IMG/VR virus record: IMGVR_UViG_3300017782_000093
Strand: one strand, 5' to 3'
Length of the DNA stretch: 33,593 bases
DNA from: a virus
Shown here piece after piece: positions 1 to 6,016 of this stretch (the first letter of the stretch is position 1; each line of letters starts with the position of its first letter). The notes under the pieces were generated by a model that made no database searches, was not told the origin of the DNA, and saw only the letters and a program-made list of their open reading frames with translations. A program made the translations under genes and the position numbers.

Positions 1-123
1 CTAAAACAATACCCAGATCAAAGTAGTTACTATTAGATATGTTATCATAACAGAACCTTAACAGAAAAAAAAAAAAATTACAATAGCGACATCGAACCTT
101 AAACGATTCTAACGAGTGAGTAA
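1..123. repeat. Direct terminal repeat, left copy (exact match to 33471-33593)
   Basis: Base-by-base comparison of the first and last 123 nt shows identity, including the A13 run (65-77). It is either a physical DTR of a T7-like genome or the overlap of a circularly assembled contig. Confidence 0.97.
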
Positions 124-149
124 CCCTTACTGTATATGTCAGCCTCAGT

Positions 150-189
150 TTTTTCGGACGCCTATTGTTAATAGACTGTGTCCGAAAAA
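150..189. other. Compound hairpin between the terminal repeat and terS
   Basis: A 10-bp stem TTTTTCGGAC (150-159) / GTCCGAAAAA (180-189) encloses an inner 5-bp stem CTATT (162-166) / AATAG (170-174). No U-tail follows on either strand, so it is not a canonical terminator. Confidence 0.5.
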
Positions 190-202
190 GTTCGGCTACA
201 GG

Positions 203-228
203 TTTGGAATAGCGATACCAAAAAATCC
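203..228. repeat. Left copy of inverted repeat TTTGG-R-ATAGCGATACCAAAAAATCC
   Basis: 209-228 is the perfect reverse complement of 1986-2005 (20/20). The match extends to 26 nt with one mismatch. The site is intergenic, downstream of terS. Confidence 0.9.
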
Positions 229-266
229 CCTTTATATGAATCAGCTAAAGCAATGATTCAAGTGAT

Positions 267-656
267 TTACTTCAAGTCTATATTAATACTAAAATCACCC
301 TTGACCATATGCTGATGTTTATCTGGTGCTTTGAATCCTGCACGATCAAGGATATCTTTACTTGCTTCTAGTTGTACATACTCACTCTTAGCTGATGTAC
401 ATAGATCAAGCAACCTTGATTGAGCCTTAACTGCACTCATTCCTAAGTTGTGAGTGATTTGTTCAAACATATACTTCTGTACTTCTGGATTTCGTAGCAT
501 ACGGCTTGCACTTACTCTTGATGAATTTCCTTTGTATCCTGCAACTTTGGAGGCTTCTGTAATTGTACATCCTGTAGCTACGAGTGTATCCACAAGTTTC
601 CTTGCTCTGGGAGTAATCTTATTGCTTTCTTTGATTGCAACGGACATACTCTTCAT
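267..656 (-). CDS. terS: Terminase small subunit (Terminase_2-like)
   Basis: 129-aa ORF. The N-terminal TPRARKLVDTLVATGCTITEASKVAGYKGNSSRVSASRMLRNPEVQKYM fits the HTH signature of P27-type small terminases (..AGY...a...asrlLrnp.vq..i). It heads the minus-strand morphogenesis arm. Confidence 0.8.
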   Translation of the reverse strand: MKSMSVAIKESNKITPRARKLVDTLVATGCTITEASKVAGYKGNSSRVSASRMLRNPEVQKYMFEQITHNLGMSAVKAQSRLLDLCTSAKSEYVQLEASKDILDRAGFKAPDKHQHMVKGDFSINIDLK

Positions 657-708
657 ATATCAGGTGCTGTTAAAAAAGTCAACATACCTAATTGCGTATG
701 ACGGGATT

Positions 709-767
709 GTTAGAAAAACCACAAGTGGTAAGATTTGTGAAAAACAAATCTTTTCTAACAACCACTT
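709..767. promoter_or_regulatory. Nested palindromes in the divergent control region
   Basis: Outer stem GTTAGAA (709-715)/TTCTAAC (753-759). 12-bp palindrome ACCACAAGTGGT (718-729). 9-bp stem AAGATTTGT (730-738)/ACAAATCTT (744-752). Alternative pairing AAGTGGT (723-729)/ACCACTT (761-767). Confidence 0.45.
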
Positions 768-800
768 ACATACTCTTTATTATATAATTGTTTATAATTT

Positions 801-821
801 TACGGGGGTTGCGACCCCGTA
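801..821. other. GC-rich hairpin TACGGGG-GTTGCGA-CCCCGTA
   Basis: A 7-bp perfect stem with a 7-nt loop, conspicuous in an AT-rich genome. No flanking T-run on either strand. Confidence 0.5.
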
Positions 822-910
822 CGCCGCCCTTTATATGTGGAAGCCTTTTTCTTCAAAAGCTCCACACCTCCCCATAAGCCTTTAACGGACAAAGAAATGA
901 TATGTAATAG

Positions 911-1169
911 AAATTTACCTAAGGGTGGTGGCTATCGTAAGCTATTTTATTTTCCAAATCTGTAGTCATTTCGGTGCTTCGCACATTTGTCTTTCAAGGG
1001 CAGACGGCCCTCAACAACAATAGTCCTTCTGCCTTCCCCCCAAGTAGGTGGGTAAGTCATTCATTCGCGAAACTCACGATTGTTGTTGAACAGATTTAGA
1101 AAACAAAATAGCCAACTATCGCTCACCCCCCTCAGGGAAATTTCGCTGGAGGGTGAGTGAAAATGACTT
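911..1169 (+). promoter_or_regulatory. Candidate structured RNA leader / long imperfect inverted repeat (unclassified) upstream of CDS 1191..1682
   Basis: 911-963 pairs with 1090-1143 (44 Watson-Crick pairs over 53 positions, one bulge at 1123). There is an internal perfect 11-bp helix 1011-1021/1079-1089. The alternative hairpin 1122-1131/1148-1157 (9/10) reuses the 3' arm. 1161-1169 is complementary to both 964-971 and 1054-1061. Confidence 0.5.
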
Positions 1170-1190
1170 GATGTCGTAGGATAAAATAAA

Positions 1191-1682
1191 ATGACAAAAC
1201 AACTATTTAAATATAAAAAAATCGTTTACACTCCAGAACAGTTTGAAGAAACTGTAAAGGCTGTTAGACCATTAGTTGATTTATTATTTCAACTTACGCC
1301 ATCAACTAAGAATAAAAATTGGTCAACTTCACATAGTGCTTGTGCAGGTTTGGGCAATCTTGTTCTTGGTGCTTTAAGAAATTCCAATAAAAAAACATTG
1401 TATTGGGAAAAAGTAAGAGGTAATTCTGATCCATCGTTTTCAACAGATGAAAAAGGTGAAAATGAATATCTCGTCGCTTGTAAGAATTATAAATGGAATA
1501 TAAACAATTCTATTGATCTTACATTGATTGATCAGCTAATGACTCACGCAGTCGAAAGCTGTATTGAAAACTTACATATCCAAAAAAATTCTGTTTCTAA
1601 GGATAAGACACCCGAGCAAGTTGTTGCCGAAGAAAAAGAACTGGATAAAGAATATAAAAAAATAGTAAACTTCGATATATAA
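1191..1682 (+). CDS. Hypothetical protein (orphan, moron-like unit)
   Basis: 163-aa ORF with an ATG start, followed 37 nt later by an intrinsic terminator. I recognised no family motif. Confidence 0.7.
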   Translation: MTKQLFKYKKIVYTPEQFEETVKAVRPLVDLLFQLTPSTKNKNWSTSHSACAGLGNLVLGALRNSNKKTLYWEKVRGNSDPSFSTDEKGENEYLVACKNYKWNINNSIDLTLIDQLMTHAVESCIENLHIQKNSVSKDKTPEQVVAEEKELDKEYKKIVNFDI

Positions 1683-1718
1683 ACTTAAAACAAAAATCGG
1701 CATCGAGTCAGCTAAAAG

Positions 1719-1747
1719 GGAGATTGGTAACAGTCTCCTTTTTTTTT
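1719..1747 (+). terminator. Rho-independent terminator
   Basis: Stem GGAGATT (1719-1725)/AGTCTCC (1732-1738, one G-U pair), loop GGTAAC, followed by T9 (1739-1747). Confidence 0.8.
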
Positions 1748-1805
1748 GTATAAAAAAATTTTTTTTTCGCTACACTTCGTTCCGCTAACTTTATTGGAGA
1801 ACATT

Positions 1806-1970
1806 ATGAATAAAACTATCATCATTACATTGCTACTACATCTAATCTTAATTCCATTTGCAGTATATTATCTTCCAACCTTTAATGGTTTATCCTTAAT
1901 GTTATGTTGTGTATGGATTGTTGATTGTTGGTTACTCATAGAATATTGTTATTGGCGCTTACGTCAGTAA
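1806..1970 (+). CDS. Small hydrophobic membrane protein (two predicted TM segments)
   Basis: Internal ATG at 1806, preceded by GGAG (1796-1799). The sequence MNKTIIITLLLHLILIPFAVYYLP...LMLCCVWIVDCWLLIEY is strongly hydrophobic. The upstream extension to 1746 runs through the terminator T-run. Confidence 0.5.
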   Translation: MNKTIIITLLLHLILIPFAVYYLPTFNGLSLMLCCVWIVDCWLLIEYCYWRLRQ

Positions 1971-1985
1971 CAATCTTCAAGTAGT

Positions 1986-2011
1986 GGATTTTTTGGTATC
2001 GCTATCCCAAA
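1986..2011. repeat. Right copy of the inverted repeat (GGATTTTTTGGTATCGCTAT-Y-CCAAA)
   Basis: Reverse complement of 203-228 (20/20 core). Intergenic, upstream of the 2150 operon. Confidence 0.9.
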
Positions 2012-2054
2012 ATTAAAACACTATGCACTATCATCACTATTCCTCATTATGTAT

Positions 2055-2101
2055 CCATATGACTATACAAGATTTCCTTCCCCACAAGTGTAGTCATATG
2101 G
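2055..2101 (+). promoter_or_regulatory. Hairpin with CCTTCCCC-CAAGT loop
   Basis: 11-bp perfect stem CCATATGACTA (2055-2065)/TAGTCATATGG (2091-2101). The loop carries CCTTCCCCACAAGTG (2076-2090), a near copy of 1032-1046. Confidence 0.5.
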
Positions 2102-2149
2102 TTGCATTGTATGTGTAATCAGTAATAGACAATAAACAAAGGAGTAATT

Positions 2150-2470
2150 ATGTCTAAATATCTAAAAACAGATGAACAACAACATCATTATGAAGCTGAA
2201 GTTCACCAACGTAGAATGCACGAACTCAATCGTGTAAACACATTTAGAACTATGTCAAATGAATATCAAGATGTCATACAATCAAAATATTCTGACGATC
2301 TAATATCTCATAATAAGTTTCATTTGGCTATGCATTACTATGGTGTGATGGAGCACTTAACACACGTATGCTTACTTGAAATAGAAAACAAGTTGTATGC
2401 ACCTGAGTACGAAGAGCGTATGAAAGAAATTGCTCACGCTGTAGATGAACTAGAAAAAATTGCTAAGTAA
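2150..2470 (+). CDS. Hypothetical protein
   Basis: 106-aa ORF. Strong SD context AACAAAGGAGTAATTATG (2135-2152). Confidence 0.75.
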   Translation: MSKYLKTDEQQHHYEAEVHQRRMHELNRVNTFRTMSNEYQDVIQSKYSDDLISHNKFHLAMHYYGVMEHLTHVCLLEIENKLYAPEYEERMKEIAHAVDELEKIAK

Positions 2471-2500
2471 CAATACACAGCATAAAGGAGGTGATATGTA

Positions 2501-2764
2501 TTGGCTATAGAAGCACTTGAAGAACGCTATGAGTGGGAGGATAATATGGAACTCTACTCATTGCAGTACCTAATCAAATGTGAATACGAAATGAAAGTAA
2601 TCAACAAATGTATAGGTGCAATCGAAGTGGCGTTGGATTCATGCGAGAGTAAACAGCTTTCGCAAAGTAATTTTGAACACATCACCACTTCTCTCGTCAT
2701 ACTTAAAGAACAAGCAAAGGGACTAGCTGATCTTTTACGAAAGGAAAAGTATGATGTAATATAA
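2501..2764 (+). CDS. Hypothetical protein (TTG start; alternative ATG at 2546)
   Basis: 87-aa ORF. AAAGGAGGTG (2485-2494) lies 6 nt upstream of the TTG. Confidence 0.6.
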   Translation: MAIEALEERYEWEDNMELYSLQYLIKCEYEMKVINKCIGAIEVALDSCESKQLSQSNFEHITTSLVILKEQAKGLADLLRKEKYDVI

Positions 2765-2798
2765 TAATATAAATCTAATAAAAAACAAAGGAGTAATT

Positions 2799-3656
2799 AT
2801 GTTAGATGTATTAAAAGACTACGAGTTTCCAACAGAAATGGTGGAGCTTGAAGCACTAAACAGGACAGATAATTTTGGTAATCAGAACTATGCTGTTCCA
2901 ACTGATATGGCAAGAGCCTGTGTGCGTACTGATACCGGACAAGTTCTTGGTATTCACGGAAGTAAATACAAACCAATATCACACAAAGATGTTGTAGATA
3001 GAGTAATGGAGGGTGTTGAAAAGACAGGCTTCACTAACTACAGCACTAAGATACAAGTGCACGAGGCAGGTGCGAAAATGCGTGGGTCTGTTACCTTCAA
3101 TGATTTGGTAGTTGAACCACAGAAAGATGATATCATAAAATTTCGTATCAACTTCTTCAATTCATATGACCAATCGTGGGCATTTGCTACAATATGTGAT
3201 GGCTTACGCTTATGGTGTATGAATGGTTGTACTACACCTGTCAATGCTTCTACTTTACGATTCAAACATACAACAAATGTAAACATTCAAAGTATTACAG
3301 ATCGTGTAAAGACAGGTGTTGATTTCTTTATGGACTCTAGTATGGACTATGCTCAATGGGCACATATCAAGTTACATCCACATTCTGTGCAAAGATTTTT
3401 AGAACAAACTGTAGCTAAAACATTCAAGCGTTCTTCTAACTCAATACCATTCAATGTAACAAGAACTGAAACATTACTTGCAGGTTTTGATCGTGAGACA
3501 CGAACACTTGGTAGAACTAAATGGGCGTTATACAATGCTCTTACTTATTGGTCTACTCATACTGACGGAGAACGTGGACACGCTATTCGTAAACGCAGAG
3601 AAGATGAAGTAGCTAAAGCACTTGGTTCAAAACAATGGCAAGAACTTGTTGCATAG
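2799..3656 (+). CDS. DUF932/DUF945-like phage/plasmid protein
   Basis: 285 aa. The N-terminal pattern ..VRTDTGQVLGIHGSKYKPISHKDVVD.. and overall length are typical of the DUF932 family. It has the same 18-nt SD/start context as 2150. Confidence 0.65.
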   Translation: MLDVLKDYEFPTEMVELEALNRTDNFGNQNYAVPTDMARACVRTDTGQVLGIHGSKYKPISHKDVVDRVMEGVEKTGFTNYSTKIQVHEAGAKMRGSVTFNDLVVEPQKDDIIKFRINFFNSYDQSWAFATICDGLRLWCMNGCTTPVNASTLRFKHTTNVNIQSITDRVKTGVDFFMDSSMDYAQWAHIKLHPHSVQRFLEQTVAKTFKRSSNSIPFNVTRTETLLAGFDRETRTLGRTKWALYNALTYWSTHTDGERGHAIRKRREDEVAKALGSKQWQELVA

Positions 3657-3698
3657 TAGAATATAAATAGTATAATAGTAGTACGAAAGGAAGATGTT

Positions 3699-3860
3699 AT
3701 GGAATATAATGACACCGAAGTTACAGCAAGACTAGGTGAATCTGAATGCATTAATGAGTTTAGATTTGCTGTAAAACCACTATTAAATAAATTAACAGAC
3801 AAACAATTTCAAGATGTAACTCAAGAGTTATGGAATGAATATTGGTCTGAACATATATAG
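3699..3860 (+). CDS. Small hypothetical protein (53 aa, not in the ORF track)
   Basis: Hand translation gives MEYNDTEVTARLGESECINEFRFAVKPLLNKLTDKQFQDVTQELWNEYWSEHI*. GAAAGGAAG lies upstream. It fills an otherwise empty gap. Confidence 0.45.
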   Translation: MEYNDTEVTARLGESECINEFRFAVKPLLNKLTDKQFQDVTQELWNEYWSEHI

Positions 3861-3963
3861 AATCAACTGTAAGGTTTATTGTTGTACCTTATATTGATTA
3901 GGTTTGGGCGTACCTAGTTATGAGCAAACGCCCACATTAATCCATTAAACAAAGGAGTAAATT

Positions 3964-4329
3964 ATGGATATGCATTTTGACCGTCAAACATTAAAGTTTG
4001 GCAAATCAACTAACACGTGTGAGTTTATTGACTTTCACCTTGATAACCCAAGAGTTTGGGATCTGTACCTATCGTTTGCTACAGATATGGCTCAGCTTGG
4101 ACATAAAAGATTATCAAGTGAAATGCTTATTAATCGTGTTCGTTGGGAAACTATAATTGATACTACTGATAAACAGTTCAAGATAAATAACAACCACAAA
4201 CCTTTTTATGCAAGGCTTCTCTTGTCTTTACCACGATTTAAAAATACAAAGTTCCTCGAGGTTAGACAAAGTTGTGCTGATGACTTATCATATTCCGAGT
4301 GTGAAATACTGCTCAGTAAATATGTATAA
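3964..4329 (+). CDS. Hypothetical protein
   Basis: 121-aa ORF with SD AACAAAGGAGTAAATTATG. Confidence 0.75.
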   Translation: MDMHFDRQTLKFGKSTNTCEFIDFHLDNPRVWDLYLSFATDMAQLGHKRLSSEMLINRVRWETIIDTTDKQFKINNNHKPFYARLLLSLPRFKNTKFLEVRQSCADDLSYSECEILLSKYV

Positions 4330-4804
4330 AGTTATATTGCAAGACCTACAGACAAGGCGGCAACATCTTGGTATATCATCTCAAGAAGTATCTGAAAAGA
4401 TTGGTGTATCGGATAGCCTTGTTTCATTATGGGAATGTGGAAAGAAACAACCAAGTATGATTAACTTTATTAATTGGTGTAGTGTACTCGGTTTCAATCT
4501 TATTCTTAATGTTCATCAACAACAAATACCAAAGTCGTTTGTTCCTAGTTACGATACTAAGCAATGGATCATATCAGAGTTTGGAGAAAGGTATAATTAT
4601 GACAACGAACTTAAAATCTTTATCAACCATTATCGGGCAGGTGGAACAGTTAAATCAGATTGGCAATACGCTTTCCGATCTTGGTTACTCCGTGCCAAAA
4701 AATTCACGACCAATACAACTCAAACCTCCGAAGGTACTAAAGAACGCCGTGAACGAATCAACAATGTCTTTGCTATCAGCAATCAAAGAGAGCCAAGTAG
4801 ATGA
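4322..4804 (+). CDS. XRE-type helix-turn-helix DNA-binding protein with C-terminal extension
   Basis: The internal ATG at 4322 overlaps the stop of the preceding gene. LQTRRQHLGISSQEVSEKIGVSDSLVSLWECGKKQPSMINFINW is a classic HTH_3/XRE motif. The C-terminal ..SDWQYAFRSWLLRAKKF is reminiscent of DnaT-like/replisome-organiser tails (weak). Confidence 0.7.
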   Translation: MYKVILQDLQTRRQHLGISSQEVSEKIGVSDSLVSLWECGKKQPSMINFINWCSVLGFNLILNVHQQQIPKSFVPSYDTKQWIISEFGERYNYDNELKIFINHYRAGGTVKSDWQYAFRSWLLRAKKFTTNTTQTSEGTKERRERINNVFAISNQREPSR

Positions 4805-5204
4805 GTATATATCTACAGAAAACAAAGCAGTACAATATTTAGATTGTCTACGCAGAACATTGAAAATTTGTCAACATATGATGTTACCTGCAGATCCTAA
4901 ATATATTGGCACAGCAATAGAAATGTGTGCATCAACTTTCGGGTGTGATGTGCCTAACGAACTTGGGCTTAAGATGTATGGACAAATCTTAGCCAAGTAT
5001 CCCCAATGTGTTATTGAAGAATATACATTGGAATTAATAAAAACCTATAAGTATAGAAGATTGCCTGTACCTGCAGACTTTCTAGCTATCTATGAACCAC
5101 CTTACGAACACGGAATGTTGTTCATAGAAAATACTTATTTAAAAACAAGAAGGTTTGCAAATATAGTACAAGAGTGCTATAAAATAGATACGAAAGGAGT
5201 ATAA
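4599..5204 (+). CDS. Hypothetical protein (start uncertain: 4599 or 4764)
   Basis: ATG 4599 follows GGAGAAAGG but gives a 206-nt out-of-frame overlap with 4322..4804. ATG 4764 gives a 41-nt overlap. Confidence 0.6.
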   Translation: MTTNLKSLSTIIGQVEQLNQIGNTLSDLGYSVPKNSRPIQLKPPKVLKNAVNESTMSLLSAIKESQVDEYISTENKAVQYLDCLRRTLKICQHMMLPADPKYIGTAIEMCASTFGCDVPNELGLKMYGQILAKYPQCVIEEYTLELIKTYKYRRLPVPADFLAIYEPPYEHGMLFIENTYLKTRRFANIVQECYKIDTKGV

Positions 5205-5205
5205 T

Positions 5206-6015
5206 ATGCAACCAAAGAAAAAAGTAGAACGACCTAAAACTATTGGTGGTTCAGATGCTACACGCATTATGGAAGGTGATTGGCACACACTCTGGCTAGA
5301 GAAGACAGGGCGTCAAGAACCTGCTAACTTAGATCGGGTGTTACCTGTTCAGATCGGCATTGTTACAGAAAAACTTAACAAGCATTGGTTTTGGCAGGAA
5401 ACAGGACATAAACTATTATCACATAGGGTGCAACACGATTTCACAGATGGATTCCGGCACGCTAGTCTTGATGGTATAGCAAATGTTAGTGACAAATTTT
5501 GTGTCCTAGAGTGTAAGCATACCAATGCCAACAACACTTTAGAAAATGTTATACGAAAATATATGCCTCAGCTACAACATTATATGCAAGTTGCAATGAT
5601 GGATAGAGCGTACCTCTCAGTAATTTTTGGTAATATGAGATACGAATGGTGTGAAATACAATTAGATAATGAATATGTAAAAATGTTATATGAAATGGAA
5701 TCAACCTTTTGGAATGAACACGTAATTAAAGATAAAGAACCAGAAAAATTAAAAGCAGAAAAATTAATACAAGATTTAACAGATACAATAAAAGTAAACG
5801 ATATGATTCGTATTGATATGGATACTAACAATGAGTTTGTAGCTAATGCACATACTTGGCGTGAAACAAAAATATCATACGATCAACACCGAGCAGTTGG
5901 TAAGGTATTAAAAGAACTAATACCTGCCAACTGTCGTCTTGCTGAAGGTGCAGGTATTAAAATATCAAGAACAAAAGCAGGACATTTAACCATCAAAGAA
6001 AACAAAGGAGGTTAA
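5206..6015 (+). CDS. YqaJ-like / lambda-Exo-type recombination exonuclease (PD-(D/E)XK)
   Basis: The motifs IGGSDATRIMEG..W..LWLEKTG, ASLDGI and VLECKH match the YqaJ viral recombinase signature. Confidence 0.85.
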   Translation: MQPKKKVERPKTIGGSDATRIMEGDWHTLWLEKTGRQEPANLDRVLPVQIGIVTEKLNKHWFWQETGHKLLSHRVQHDFTDGFRHASLDGIANVSDKFCVLECKHTNANNTLENVIRKYMPQLQHYMQVAMMDRAYLSVIFGNMRYEWCEIQLDNEYVKMLYEMESTFWNEHVIKDKEPEKLKAEKLIQDLTDTIKVNDMIRIDMDTNNEFVANAHTWRETKISYDQHRAVGKVLKELIPANCRLAEGAGIKISRTKAGHLTIKENKGG

Positions 6016-6016
6016 T

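Noticed and set aside
801-832. tRNA 3'-half-like sequence (possible attP core): GC stem-loop followed by ACGCCGCCC
   Set aside because: The loop GTTGCGA does not fit the T-loop consensus TTCRANY. There is no CCA or acceptor match I can verify, and the genome has no integrase.
454-885. 143-aa plus-strand ORF overlapping terS
   Set aside because: It is antisense to a well-supported terS gene and continues into the palindrome-rich control region. It has no SD and its composition is hydrophobic and low-information, so it is probably a shadow ORF.
1002-1052. Glutamine (glnA RNA) riboswitch, because of GACGG (1003-1007) and AAGTAGG (1043-1049)
   Set aside because: In the known motif ACGGAAGUAGG is contiguous and accompanied by a CGUUCA strand. 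Here the pieces are about 35 nt apart and CGTTCA is absent.
911-1143. MITE or other mobile element bounded by about 53-bp terminal inverted repeats
   Set aside because: No target-site duplication flanks the arms (..AATAG| vs |CGCTG..). There is no transposase, and no second full copy in the genome. It is kept only as an alternative in the main finding.
1746-1805. Longer form of the small membrane ORF (ORF-track start 1746)
   Set aside because: The extension starts inside the terminator T-run and poly-A/T tract with a non-ATG start. The ATG at 1806 has a GGAG upstream.
209-2005. Invertible DNA segment bounded by the 20-bp inverted repeats
   Set aside because: I recognised no invertase or recombinase gene anywhere in the genome. 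Inversion would also detach terS from its operon. A regulatory-site interpretation is preferred.
4208-4321. Longer N-terminal extension of the HTH gene (ORF-track start 4208)
   Set aside because: It overlaps the 3' third of the preceding gene in another frame. The ATG at 4322 overlaps that gene's stop in the coupling pattern used throughout the arm, and the HTH motif begins right after it.
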